Counted from the first letter of the stretch, positions 39,045 to 51,984 are shown. The stretch is 64,000 bases of DNA from Blasia pusilla (GCA_050084515.1 CM114271.1:33108001-33172000), one strand, 5' to 3'. Notes: generated by a model not told the origin, from the letters alone. Program-made: numbers and translations.

Positions 39045-39635
39045 ATGGGAAATGCTCTGATCAACTGCATGCTGCAGCCGTCTGGGACGGTAAGAGTGAT
39101 GCGATCGGACGGGGAGATAGTGGAATTCGATCATCCGGTGATAGCAAAACAGTTGATGAAAGCGTACCCGGGGCACCTGGTGGTGCACTGCTCGAGCATC
39201 TCGCGGACTAAGATCGGGCAACGCAGCAAAGTGTCCATGATGAGGGCGGAGGACGTGCTTATCATCGGACATACCTACTGTCTCCTCCAAGTTCCCAATC
39301 AAGGTGGCAAAGTCTTGCTGCCCAAGCGTCCCACGTTCAAACCGCCGTCAGCAGAGATCAGCAACACGCGCAGGCTTACTCTGCGAAGCTTTTTGGGTGA
39401 CAACGACCTCTTTCTCAGCGATGACACCTTAGAGGAGCGCGTTTTCCATCAACTGCACCAGACCGGGCAACAACAGCACGCACCGAAAGGTCCTTGGAGA
39501 CCGCAGCTGGATGCAATCATGGAGTCGCCGTCCCGCCCACTGCACTCCAGCATTACCATGTCTCCGGTGGCTCGCCACGCCGGCTACATTCCTGCGTCCT
39601 CGGCAATCGCGAGGAGGCACACCATGAACTCTTGA
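39045..39635 (+). CDS. PADRE (DUF4228) domain protein, 196 aa, single coding exon
   Basis: MGN start (myristoylation-type), VRVMRSDGEIVEF...LMKAYPGHLVV, LIIGHTYCLL and C-terminal WRPQLDAIME are DUF4228 motifs. Possible 61-nt 5' UTR intron at 38901-38961. Confidence 0.92.
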   Translation: MGNALINCMLQPSGTVRVMRSDGEIVEFDHPVIAKQLMKAYPGHLVVHCSSISRTKIGQRSKVSMMRAEDVLIIGHTYCLLQVPNQGGKVLLPKRPTFKPPSAEISNTRRLTLRSFLGDNDLFLSDDTLEERVFHQLHQTGQQQHAPKGPWRPQLDAIMESPSRPLHSSITMSPVARHAGYIPASSAIARRHTMNS

Positions 39636-41949
39636 TCTCCAGTGATCCATAGTTTCCCGAATTCCATGGGTTCGCCATTCTTCTGTGTACATAAACATCT
39701 CACCGATCCAAAGACTTGTGTAGAACATCAACTGAACCACGAGTAGTTGAACCACGAAATAGTGCAGGAAAATCGCACGAGAGAATGCCAGTGGTGAAGC
39801 ATGGAAGCGACTCCGAAGGTTTTCCAAGTGCCCAGTGGATAGGAGCAATTTACGAATTTCGTCGCGGGATAAGTAGTTTCCATCGAGGGGCAGTCAGGAG
39901 TGAGTCTCACTGAATGATCCACCCATATCGGGCCCGAACATTCTTCCCAAAGGATGAAATTGGCCGCCGGAGTTCTACGCTTCAGCGTGTACATAGAGCG
40001 CTTCATGAGACTGTCACGTCCGAGTAGCATAGCTGCAGATTGAGGACCAGCAGCATCAGCAACGTTGTAGATAGCTACAAACTAGCTGTTGTAGAGAATG
40101 ATAGGGAGTCAGGTTCAGTGTACTCTGATAGCTCGTGCAGGGTTAGCCGCTGCAGAGAAAGCTGTGCTCCTATACAGCCTTCACGGGTGCATGGAATGAT
40201 CTCTGTACCACCATTCTTTTCGCGTCTGCACTTACTCGCGGGTGTACGTCACAAGTGAATCCAATAGTTGTTGTTGATCGCTTAACCTTCATCTCTCATG
40301 AGCGACGCATAGCTGATCGATCGATCGAGGCTTTTGGCCGCTGAGATGTGTAAATACGGCCTTCTGAGGCGTCGATGCTCAGGCTGAAGGAGTTTCGTTT
40401 CCATTTTCTTTCATCACTAGCCGGAATCGAATTTCCTTGTGACCAGAAGGCATTTGGCTCGGTGATAATGGAGGTTGCTTTCGGGCACAAATCATAGATT
40501 GACAACCGATTTGCCATTATATTTGTCTTTTGACGTCGCTTCAATCCCCTGATACTTTTCCGCCATTGCCTTCGTAGACGGGCTGACAATCCAGCAGTGC
40601 GAGCCGTTGTAGGGAGTACGACATTCGCAGCCTACTGTTACGGCTAGTCAGGTGTTTGGGATCTCGGACCTGGTCTGGCGTTGCTCTTGCTGGTTCAGGA
40701 TTGAGTGCGTTGGCTTCTCAGGTATGACGTTCGCGAACTACTTTTCAATCGCTTGCGCAGCGGCGCCAAGTTTGGGCGGTCGTATCTTGTCTTTCAAATC
40801 TGAACGTCGTCCAGTTCTCCTGAAATGGCGATGGCGTTTCCCCCCGCAGCACGGCATCCAGCTTCAATACAAATCTGGGGTCTCAACGGAAATATGTATG
40901 TGCGAGTTGCTTCTTCGTGAAGGACATTTCTCATGTTGCAGCAGCTGTTTAAACCACATGGACTCTTTCTGGCCTGAGGCGCAACGACGACATTTCACCC
41001 ACCACCCGTACATTTCCGATTCACAACCACCGCATCACGTAACTCTGACCGAAGCAAGACTCGACAGAAAATGTGACTGAAACGAGTGAAACTCGATCAG
41101 AGGGAGAGAAGCTCTGGATAGGGTCTCTTTCCTAAATAAAATAAACCTCTGAACTGCCAGTCACAGAGAAACCCCAGATTCCTCCTCTAGGAATCAGCCC
41201 GGCAGTCTACTTCCCTCTTCCTTAGTTTCCGTGATTCGACGATCTACGGACGGACATGATGGGCTTCTCACAAGGAAATTCCGCCCCACGATGCGCTTCT
41301 TCTCGACGAGAGATATTCACATATTCTGGATGATCGGAACGCTACTTCGAAAGCTTAGGTCTCGGATATTCTTCCAGGAATTGGGATTGGGGATGGTCCC
41401 AATCCCAAGAACGCACGCGCGCGGTCACTCGACCCACGGACTCGCGAGCTCGCTCATGGGTTCGAGCGTATACTTCGACTGATTGTCCATCGACTCGTCT
41501 CTCGACATCGCCATGAGTCATGAATCGTGCCCTTCCACTCATTCGCTGTAGCTCAAGTATGACTACTCATTCTCTACAAAGCAGTGCAGCACATGGAATA
41601 CGTTGTACGAAGGAGCGGGTACAGTTATCTATAGTCTGGTCTGTTGAGATGAGGGCCGCACTGGATGGGCAGGGAGGGGGAACGAGGAAATGTGAAGCAC
41701 CCATACGAATGCCTTGTGAAGGCGGTTGCATGGCAAATAGTGGATTTGCAAACATATGTATGTTTCGTAAGTTTTGTATGGATAAAAAAATTGAATCCAT
41801 TACTCTCCACATATTACTCTCATGTGGAGAGTATTCATTCAATTTGGAATCTCTTCACCCAAATTAGTACCCAAAGTAAGAAGACACTTGCAAGATTAGA
41901 ATGGAATCTCCATGTGGTTGGACAGTTTTTTAACGATGAAACAAGAGTC

Positions 41950-44900
41950 AATATATCCACTTTATTATGAAATAAACCTCAAAAGAGGACAAAAAAAGTA
42001 ATAACAACTCAAAAGAGGAGTCAAAATATGCATAAAAGAATGCAAAAAGAAAATGGCAACAAGCCAACGCAAACATCGGCTCAACGAGCTACACGATTGA
42101 TAGCATGAAACAAATCTGACAAGAACACGAATGGTTGGTCAGACGTGAATGGACGACGAGACGAGCGACCCCCACCACCTCTGCACGACGTATCAATGCC
42201 AAGGCTTGTGCACGTTGTAAGGCCACTGAGATGCATTTCCGAAAATAAATAGTAACTACCGAGAGAGAAAGACTATGGGAAGGGGCAAGGTGATGATTCT
42301 CGAGGGAGTGGTCAGCACATGTTTTCAAGAAAGTATCAAAAGACACATGTAAATGATCGAATACTTCCATTGCAAAAGGAATAAATACATCAGTTGCATG
42401 TCTCACAGCATAACTTAACTCCTTGATTCTTGTTGCAGCTTCGGCCGCCAAACCTTTGGTATGTGCGGCTTGACACACCAAGTCAGAACGTGTTGGATCA
42501 GCAACCACCACATCACCTAGTGTCCGGAATCCACCTCGAGACATAACAAGACCCACTCTCCGACGAGAGGTTGCTTGTGTGGTTGAAGGTAGGACATGGA
42601 GTTGCTCTTGCCTAACGGTGAATCTTGCAATACGAGCCACTGATGCTATCGCCTCTCTAATGACATCATGTGTGGCCGTTCGTTCTCCACCATGTGCACA
42701 TCGGAGAATATGGATACCCTTGGCATCCATAGGATCCTCGCATACACAACTCGACACACCTAAGAGAGAAGGATGGGGAAGTCCAAGACGTAACCGCAAA
42801 GTTGTCAAGAATATACTTCGAGGAAGACGAAATGGAAGAATAAGAGGATTTCGAGTGCGCCACGCCCCCGCTCCGGTACCCGCACATGAACGTAGACGAG
42901 CTCGATTAGCGTCAAAGGATGCCTCGAAGAGAATGCTGGAAAAGTTGATTTGATGCAGATTCTCGGAGATATGCTCTTGAAGTCGATCAAGCCCTTCCGT
43001 AATCAGTTGACTGAAAGGGGGTAGAATTGCTTGTGTAGCAAGAGGAAGAAGAACTTGTGTAGATCTCAATTGTTGTTGAAATAACAAGTCCCCCTCCTCT
43101 ACATGGGAGATATGATCCATCAAGATAGGTGTATCTCCTTGGAGAAACCTTGAAGCCATAATCAGTGCTACCAATGCCCAACTCCCCAAAAAGGCTGCGG
43201 GAGCATATGCGACTGTGGAGGATAGTCCCACCCCTCCAAAAGAAATAGGCAAGATAGCTTGTCGTAAAGCAAAGACACCATCCTCTCCCTCAAAGGTATT
43301 CGGGCCAAGAAGTTGACCAAAAGTTGCCAAGATAGAAGTGTCAAAAGAGGCCAACCGATGTTAAGAACCTTGAAGTGGGAGGACAAGTGCGAAGAAGGTA
43401 AGAAGGACGTCGTAGAAAACATTGGGAGAGAATACCATAAGCCACTTGGGGATCCCCAAGATGAAGTAACAAATGAAGCCATTCCACGTCTTTCAAAAGG
43501 ACCTCATCCAAGAACTTTGAGACATAGTCGATGAAATCAATTGGGACCCTAAAAACTCTAACCCCTTTAATGTAGATGGGAAATTCAAGAGTAGATGGGG
43601 TGAGTGTTGAGGGAAGGCATGAAGGAGACCATACTCCACATTTACTAGGTTGCTCCACGAAATGGGTATAAGCAAGAACTACTTCACAAGGAGGACCTAT
43701 CATGTGAGTGTCATCAGCAATAGAAAGGAAAAGACAAGATGGAAATGCTTGCGCTGATGCTCGGAGGGCATGAAAATGGGCAATGGCAAAGAGTGGGCCA
43801 ACCATGGGATCGCCTTGACGTGTGCCACAAGCCGATTGTAGAATACTATATTCCCCAAAAGTAGCATGATGGGAATAGATAATGGGTGTATCATAGGCAT
43901 AAAAGGAGCAAACAAATGGAATGAGGCTCGCGAGTTGTCCTCTTGCACGACGTAACTTCTCAAAGACGGCCGCACGAGAAACTGAATTGAATGCATCAGC
44001 CACATCGACTTGAATTACTACCCAATGTGGATGAATATCAAGAGTGGAGTGAATCCCATGCACCACATCCTCACAACCTCCAAGAGGAAATAAGTGGGCA
44101 CTAAAGTGAGGACGAAATTGCAAGCATAGGGATCAACTAACCAAGCGGTATAAAACCTCTCCAATAGCCAAAGGGCACACACTTGAAGGAGGCTTATCCA
44201 TAGCCAACAAACGACAAGCCCCTAAGAGCCTAGAGATAGAAAATGGGAGACGACCTGCCGCCATATGTGCACACACCTTATACAGAGAGACAAAGCCACT
44301 TGCTGAACCTGCTAGGATAAAGCAATCACGGAGATGCTCAAAAACCACCTCTATAGCTCCCTTGCTGATAAGCGAGGAGTATGTAGAAAAGCCTTTGTGA
44401 AAACCTCCAAGTCAAGGTCCGTTGTACAGCCTTCCACAGAAGGTGGAGCATCGCCACTTGAAGGAGGATGAAGAGCTTCTAAGAGAGCCACTGTTTCCGC
44501 ATTTGGAACCGCGGAAGAAAGAGGACCCAATGCTCAAGCTGCACGTGAAAACTCACCAATCTGCCCCAAAAGTAGACTTTGTCAAAGGCGTTGTTGTATT
44601 GAAGGCCTCCCATGATTGGCATGTTGAGTGGGATAAGCCGCAGCTAAGGCCTCTGCTCGAAGTACATGCTCATTCTAAAGATTCTCCCGATCCCCAGACA
44701 TAAAGCGTTGAATATGTGTGGAGGTTTCACGATGACCCGTTGCACCACCCCTTGGAGGGAGGACTAAAACTCATTGTGGGAAGAGTAATAGGAGATACCA
44801 AGCATTGAAATCTGTGGGGTCACGCGCCAAACTTTCTAATGGGAAAAGCAAAGCTTGTTGGATGATGGGGCGAAGAGCATTAGAAATGTCAGTGTAGAGT

Positions 44901-46400
44901 CTAGGACGAGGAAGACCTGGATGGAAAGAGCGAAGGAGATCAATTTGGCTTAACCAAGTCCAAGCAGTTGTTGTGGGGAGTGCAGTAGGAGGTGGTATCG
45001 GAGTAGGGATTGAAGGCTCATGCATGGATGGACAGTACTGCTGATGTCTTTTGATCCCATTAGGAGCAAACTCCTTACCACAAGATATGCAACGAAGCTT
45101 TGGTACAAATGGAGAAATAGAAGGGTTACAAGGAGAAGAGGTTGGAGGTGCAAGAGGTGGTGATGGCCAACGATGAGGGGGTAAATAGGTTGGGGAAGGA
45201 GGAGGAGGAAGAGGGGATATTCGGGTAGAATAGATGGGAGTTGGAAGCAAGGACATAGATGAGATATGTGGGGATGGCAAAGTAGAAGGATTTTGTAATA
45301 ATGGATCAAGATTAGGCTCAATAGGACAAGGCGAAGAGGAGGAGAGGAGAATCCGGAAGAAATGTAACGAGTGTAATGGGTGTATTAGCATCTGGAGGAA
45401 AATGGCGAGATCTACGATGAGGAAGTGAACCAGGGGGAGAGGTTATGCTCATAGGAGGGCGTGTAAAACCAGATTAGCGAGTAGATGAAGAATCCAACTC
45501 CATCTCTGATGACATAGAAGTAAAGGTAGGCAAATCAACGAAGACAAGGAAAGACATATGAAACGTGGTTTGGAGAAAACATGAGGATAACAAGCAAAGC
45601 AAAAGTAGTGGAATCCATCCAAAAGAAATTTAGATGGCAAGAAGAAGATTAGGCAATACCGAATTTATGATTGAAAATTATTATAAAAAAATATAAAAAA
45701 CAATTGAAAAATAAAAGTGATCTATATGATATCGAAAGAGGTGGCTCAAGAATATGAATTTCTAATGTCCTTAAAGAGATGGCAAACGTATGTAGGGGCG
45801 AAACAATAAGGTAAGCAACAGAAAGAGCAAGGAAGACTTTTGGGAGGAATTCACCTAAAACAAACCCATACACAAAAATAGGCGCCTACAGAGAAAGAAG
45901 AAAAACTAGAAAACCTAGTTGATATGAAGAAAACGAGCTCCTCAAGACGATCGAAACCGGCCCAAACACGTCCAGAAGAAAGTTATTAAAGAAATTGGAA
46001 ACGCCAAAAAAGAGGATGTAATGAGTAAATGAGCCATCCACCAATGACCATTATGAGGGAATGAGTTAATAATGTTGGGCCCGATCCATATCGAAAGATC
46101 CAAAAAAGCAAGAGAAATCCGTTAAACCGATGATAACCCGATATCATTCTATAAGGAGAGCGTTATATTTGAAATTGCATATAAAAATTTATGAGCACAC
46201 TTAGGAGAGAAGGAGGTCCAAAGATCCCAAGAACTTTGGAAAACTCAATCTTAAGTGGAAAAAAGAAGACCCCAAAGTTCAAACTTGAAAAGATTGGATC
46301 ACCATGAAAATAATTACAAACAAAATTCTAGACATTCCTCCATCTCCTCCACCATGGTCCTCCTCTTCCACGTCCTCCTTTGAAAAACCAAACACTCATG
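41950..46400 (-). mobile_element. Near full-length, frameshifted CRE/SLACS-clade-like non-LTR retrotransposon with restriction-like endonuclease (copy 2)
   Basis: Single decayed ORF (~45557 to 42089) with a Pro-rich N-terminus and zinc finger CISCGKEFAPNGIKRHQQYC. RT motifs PLAIGEVLYRL, DVADAFNSVSR, GTRQGDP and IADD. C-terminal GAGAW, CVC..HILRC..THD, (D/G)LV...GDVVV..K, FIPFAMEVF and ISVALQRAQA. No APE domain or LTRs seen. Confidence 0.9.
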
Positions 46401-48721
46401 TGACATTTTGTACTTTCCGCTAGTTTTCACCAAAGTTGTGTGGCAGTACAAAAATTGGAACTTCGTCACCTCATAATCATGGAAGAGCACAATTCAAGGT
46501 TTATGAAGACACATGATAGAAATTACTTTCGTCGGGGCCTATAAAAATTCTTCTTAAATGTCCCCTTGCCCACACCATAATATTTATATGCATCTAGCAA
46601 AATGGAAAAATATGGAAAGTAAATAAATGTTTATACATTGGTATAAGTTCATCCTTGCAACTTCAGAAGTATATCGGAGTAAAACATGCAGAATCCTAGA
46701 AGCTTCTTCGGGTGTGCGAGCGGCAGAGGCAGAGAAATCCATGACTAAGCAGACAATACAAGGGTCCAGACAAGCGTAGAATTTCTTTGCGAGTAGTGAA
46801 ACCTAAAGTGCATTGTCTGCATTCAACACTCCAATGCATACGACCACAGGTTTGAACTCCAGAATGAGCTAAATCAGAGCTTCGGACCTGTGTCTCCTAG
46901 ACTTGCAGATGTGCTTGCTTATTCTGAGCATCAAGCTGACCTCGCATCTGAGAGTGTACTGGACTGCAGTTTGGATCAGGAAAGCAACAGAGGCTTCGGA
47001 TGCCATCACAAGAGAGGGGATGGCAATTTGTGGTGAGGTTTGTAAGAGCCCTCTAGACATTGCAGGAATGCAGGATTACACTAAATACCGTAGGAACTAT
47101 AACTTGATCTGAAAGAAGAACAGGGCTAACCCTAGTGCACAGGTACAAGTGAACCGGCATTCCGCATAATCATCCATTCCATTAGAAACGTAATCACATC
47201 CACGAAACTGCAGCTCTTTAACTGCTGATTAGTTGGCACTCCATCACATTTGTGCACTGTCATCACACTAGGATGCAGCGTTTAGCAATGTTCACATACA
47301 TGATAAGCAGATGCCTTTCGAAACATCAAGCTTTTAACTTCTGGCAGTTGTTGATTCTTCTCTATAGATTCTGTCTGTCGTATCACTGAAACTTAAACTT
47401 CCTGACATTGATATAGTACCGTCAACACTAATCCTAGTTTGATTACACAAACTCTAGATTGCCAATCATACAATGATAAGACTGTACAGGGACTCAACTC
47501 TTTCACAAACCTGTTCTGCACCAATCTAAATCGCCAACTATATCCATGCCACGAGTGATTCATAAGTCCAAAGTTCAGACTTTCACAGAGTGCTGAAACC
47601 CGACCTATCAACCAATCAAAAGCTCTTTCAGCTCACAGTTCAACTCAAGGGATTCTACAGACATATATTTATGCATCCGACTCTAAATTCACCGGTGTTT
47701 AATATTAATTGTTAAATGACCAAAATTTGCCTGCTCACCTTGTGTCAATCCTCCTCTGCTACGCTCACAAACTGGGAAAGTGCCATCATCGAAGCACAAA
47801 TCCTGAACCACCGATCATTCCAAACGTGATGACAGGGTACATTACTAATCTTGAATTTGGTGTAGTAAGAAACAAGACTACTACCTCTGCACTCCCTTTA
47901 GATCCCTAATCAATCTGATGACACACTCCCTAATCTTTCTCCATAGCTGATGCTTTTTCAGTAGTCCAACTCGCAGATTAAGACTATTTCATACTAGAAG
48001 ACAGGAGCATATACTTTCTAGTTTGATCAAGGGGAAGGTGCCTGGAAGAGGTTGTGAAGTACCTCGTATTCATCCTAAGCTGACAAAGTTCAAGTTGCAG
48101 TGAAGCTCCTCTTTGTGAGCCGTTGAGCTGAGTCTTCCCCACCATCAGCAACAATATGGTTGAAAATCGCATCATTTTTCTGATTCGGATTGGACGTAGC
48201 TAGAGCTCCAAGTCTTCTAAACCCCTCCGATCTCTAGAAACCAAATGGCCTAGTTCACTGCTTGAAAGAAAGCTTTGGGGCAAACTCCTTCGTATTCCAC
48301 GTTGTATGACCCGTGAAGGGGACATATATCCCGAGGTATGGAAGCTGCACTGCACCGTATTTCTACTGTAATGGAACTGGGAAAGAAAATTTTCAACCGA
48401 ACATCACTCACTGAACCCATCGGCATATGGGCCCAGAATACCAGACCTAAAGAGGCCAGAAGTGTCTAACACGAGATGGTAAGTAACTTTCTGGACGGAA
48501 AGTGAAATGCTGTGTGCTTGGACTATGAGAGACAGGCAGGGAAAGGAAAGCGGTCAAGAAGGAAGTCATTCTACAAGGCAAACCAATGTTGCAGCCGCTT
48601 GCTCTCAGGCGGATGGATTCAAAACGAAGAACGATTTCTGCAGGCTCCATTGAAGCTATACCTTTCCAGAACCACAACAGATATGTAGTAATTGTCTTCT
48701 GGGTAGGAAGTATGAATATCT

Positions 48722-51700
48722 CTAGGTATTTCGAACATTCAGGATGAGGTCGTGGAGCTCTGGAAATGCTGACAGCAACAGCATCTCGAGCAGACTAAAG
48801 GCCAGTTGTTTCAGACACACTGCAGATTGCAGAAAAAAGAAGATATCTGTAGCGCAGCGCTTGTACTGCTTGCTTCCAATCAAGCTCACCAACCCTGCTG
48901 GTGCACGGTCCAGAATGATCTCGCGAACAACTCCAGCACGACGGGCTGCTTCCAACCTCTGCTCGAAAGTTTCACCTCGCCCACCACTGTTGCCGCTGTC
49001 GATGTCCTGCTGCCTGGATGGATGCTTTGTAAGGAAAACTCCGTCTGGCCAAAGGATTGTGTGCAGCCATCTGATTCCACCGGCGACAACCTCTTCTTTG
49101 CGGAGAATCTGGATTTTCCCGAGCAGAAAGTCGTCTATGGCATCACCCATGAACAGCTGAAGCACTTGCTTTGCCATCCAGAAAACTTGCCTTCGGATCC
49201 AACCTCTGCCCTGCAGCTCAAAAATCCCATCCACCAGGTTGAGCAGGGGAACGCTCACTTTCGGTGGCCCCCAATCATGGGGGATGGCTAGATTATCGTC
49301 CTCCGCCATGTCCGAGCCTGCCAGAGATCCTACAGGGGAGTGCCCCTCTGATAACGACCGCTCTTGCTTGCCATCGAACATTTTAGATCCTTCAAAATTG
49401 CTGCGGCCATCTTTGTGCGGTTCTACCAACCCATGATCCGAACCAAATGGGCTGCCTCCGAGTCGTTCTCTTCTCTGCAGGTCGTGGTCCGGGAGCCAAC
49501 CTATTCCAAGGCCGTGTGGAACGTCGTCGTGGACCATGTCGAAGTGATTATCCTCCCATAGCATCTGCTGAGTTCCCACCTTCTTCTCGAGTGCTGCAGG
49601 CCGAGTGCCGCTGGTGGAGCCGGATGTCTGAGTTAAGATCTGAGAGTGATTAGTTGGGGGAGCGTTGATTGCGAGAGCGCCGCTGTTGATGTTCGCACGT
49701 TGGCGACTTTCAGAGTTGGCAATCTTCAGTTTTTCCTGATTGATATCAGCCACAGCACGAAACTGACGGAGCATATCGTCGACTGCATCATCCACATTGG
49801 AGGCCAAGGTCTTCAGCATGGAGGGCGATTCACCGAAAGCATAGTTCTGGGAATTGGCACTGAGAAAGTCCCACACCTCGTGAAGCTCGGCGATGCTAGG
49901 GATGGACAATAGATCCTTGAGGTACTTGTCCAGCAGTAAACAGCGCTTACGAATAAAATTGTTGTCCAAATTGGAAGACAGGAAACGCTTGGCCGGGAGG
50001 CAGAGGCAGTAGTAGGGTTTGTCCTTGAGACTACGGTGAAGCTGTTCAAAATTGCGATACCGCCTTTGCACATCCCACGTACGGTTCTGTCCGTCACTTA
50101 CAATAATGGAGTACACAGCAAAGGTTTTCGTTGATACCTTCTCAAAATGCGCCCCCATCACGTTCACCTTCAGCTGGTTTTTCCAGCTGGGGTGACTCGA
50201 GAGGGGTCCGTTGCCAGCGTCGGGATCCATGAACGATCGGGGTGTTCCTCTTGTGGAGGAATCCAGATCAGACTTTCGTTTCCCTTCACCGGCTTTCAGA
50301 AGGCTAGGAATCCAGCCTTCTTGTTTCTCCAGAGCCTGCCAACCATCCAATTCCGCTCCAGTGCTGCGAGATCTTCTCAAACCTGTGAGAGCAAAATCTG
50401 TCGAAGGCACATTCGATGCATTCAATTGATCCTGATCCGCGTTTGATACAGACAAATCAGCATTGGGATCCATACTGCAGGAAGGTCGCAGTTCCACGAG
50501 CTCGGTGGACTTCCCTTCCTCTCTTTTAGGTTTTGCTTGAGGGATCGGTAGTTCCATCACGAGGGGATGAGAAACTAGCTGGTCTTTGGTGACATTGGTT
50601 TCCTTGGGTTTCACCGTGCTCTTATTGAGCTCTCGTTTCTTGTAGTTGCGACCCTTGGTCCACAAATTGTCAAGATGCTCAGGCGCCAAAGCTCGGGTTT
50701 TCCTATCATTCACGACCTCCAAAACTTGCGCCCAATGCTCTCCCTCATTGTGACTCTTGAACGCGTCCAGCTTCCTCACTGCCGATTCTTCCTGACCTGC
50801 ATGAAGCGAATGACCTTCCTCCAAAACAATCGGAGAGCCGCTTACGCTTTTCACTTCCCCTGCACCTTTCCCATGAGCCTCAACCGGTCCACCTCTCCAC
50901 ACTTCCCCTTGCTCCTTGAAAGGTATTACTTGCATCATCTCCAATCCCGGCTCCGACGGCTCTTTCCATACCGGGGGTTCGGAAGATTGCCTCGTCGACT
51001 TCAGGTTGCCCTCTGATTTTGGAGCGGAGGTCACACTCGCGATGGCCACATTCTCGATCTGCATATTGATGAACGCAGGGCACGCCATACTCATCACCGG
51101 GCGCAGCACCGCGCACGCCAGCAATTCCCGGGCCAAGGAACGCAGCACTCCGCAATTCCCATCGCTCGGCTTCAGAACCACCGACACCAAACCCCCCATA
51201 AGCTCATGCAAGACACGGCTCTCGGACTCTGGTGACAACAGAGCTGGGTGCAATTCCCCCGAGGCTGCCAAAACCTGCTTGAGATTCTCATCCCTCTCCT
51301 CTGCCGAGAGACTCCCCAGAACGTCCGCTCCCACTCGCGCTTGAGTTTTCCGGAAGAGGTCGAGATGGCTTGCAATTAAATCCACCACATCCTGTGTTAG
51401 TAAATTGATGAGGTTCACCCGCTTTGCGCGAAACGCAATCTGTGCCAACACGCCGTTGATGAGAGCGGTGAGCTGATCTGGGAATTCCTGGTCTGAGCTG
51501 ATAGATGAGTACCATAAACCGGTGACCCATTCACTCACCACAGATTTTGTGAGCTCGCAAAGAGCGGCCTCAACCTCAGGGGCATCCACTCCTCGACGCC
51601 ACGACTCATAGGCACTTGGAGGTTGGGTGATGAGATCTTTCGCAGGGACCTGACGAACCCGGTGTTTGAAGCGGGAGGAGGGAGGAGGATACCAGAAGAT

Positions 51701-51910
51701 GGACGAGAAGGGACGGGAAGATCGCCAACGAATTTCGATCGACCCTGAAATGCTGCGCAACGCGGCGATGATGAGCAGGGCGACAGGGACATTCACCCAA
51801 AAACTGTTTGATGTAAGGGACATGAGATAGCTCAGGCCTGCTACCCAAAGTAGCACCAGAATCGCTCTCTTCTTTAAATCCTCCACAAGATCGCCCACCG
51901 TCTTCATCAT
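48722..51910 (-). CDS. PXA-PX-Nexin_C sorting-nexin-like protein (SNX13/14/Mdm1-type), ~1062 aa, intronless
   Basis: Uninterrupted ORF with N-terminal hydrophobic segments, PXA (VVSEWVTGLWYSSISSDQEFP, RELLACAVLRPVM), PX (FAVYSI...WDVQRRYRNFEQLH...LPAKRF) and Nexin_C (VSVPLLNLVDGIFELQGRGWIRRQV...LLLSAFPEL). First ATG at 51910. Confidence 0.93.
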   Translation of the reverse strand: MMKTVGDLVEDLKKRAILVLLWVAGLSYLMSLTSNSFWVNVPVALLIIAALRSISGSIEIRWRSSRPFSSIFWYPPPSSRFKHRVRQVPAKDLITQPPSAYESWRRGVDAPEVEAALCELTKSVVSEWVTGLWYSSISSDQEFPDQLTALINGVLAQIAFRAKRVNLINLLTQDVVDLIASHLDLFRKTQARVGADVLGSLSAEERDENLKQVLAASGELHPALLSPESESRVLHELMGGLVSVVLKPSDGNCGVLRSLARELLACAVLRPVMSMACPAFINMQIENVAIASVTSAPKSEGNLKSTRQSSEPPVWKEPSEPGLEMMQVIPFKEQGEVWRGGPVEAHGKGAGEVKSVSGSPIVLEEGHSLHAGQEESAVRKLDAFKSHNEGEHWAQVLEVVNDRKTRALAPEHLDNLWTKGRNYKKRELNKSTVKPKETNVTKDQLVSHPLVMELPIPQAKPKREEGKSTELVELRPSCSMDPNADLSVSNADQDQLNASNVPSTDFALTGLRRSRSTGAELDGWQALEKQEGWIPSLLKAGEGKRKSDLDSSTRGTPRSFMDPDAGNGPLSSHPSWKNQLKVNVMGAHFEKVSTKTFAVYSIIVSDGQNRTWDVQRRYRNFEQLHRSLKDKPYYCLCLPAKRFLSSNLDNNFIRKRCLLLDKYLKDLLSIPSIAELHEVWDFLSANSQNYAFGESPSMLKTLASNVDDAVDDMLRQFRAVADINQEKLKIANSESRQRANINSGALAINAPPTNHSQILTQTSGSTSGTRPAALEKKVGTQQMLWEDNHFDMVHDDVPHGLGIGWLPDHDLQRRERLGGSPFGSDHGLVEPHKDGRSNFEGSKMFDGKQERSLSEGHSPVGSLAGSDMAEDDNLAIPHDWGPPKVSVPLLNLVDGIFELQGRGWIRRQVFWMAKQVLQLFMGDAIDDFLLGKIQILRKEEVVAGGIRWLHTILWPDGVFLTKHPSRQQDIDSGNSGGRGETFEQRLEAARRAGVVREIILDRAPAGLVSLIGSKQYKRCATDIFFFLQSAVCLKQLAFSLLEMLLLSAFPELHDLILNVRNT

Positions 51911-51984
51911 CGTCACCACCCGCTAGCTTCTGCAGCTGCATTGCAAATGCAAAATCCTATCTTCCAACCGTCTTCTTCTTCCTT

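Noticed and set aside
48744-51941. Many short ORFs overlapping the sorting-nexin gene
   Set aside because: They are shadow frames of a real CDS.
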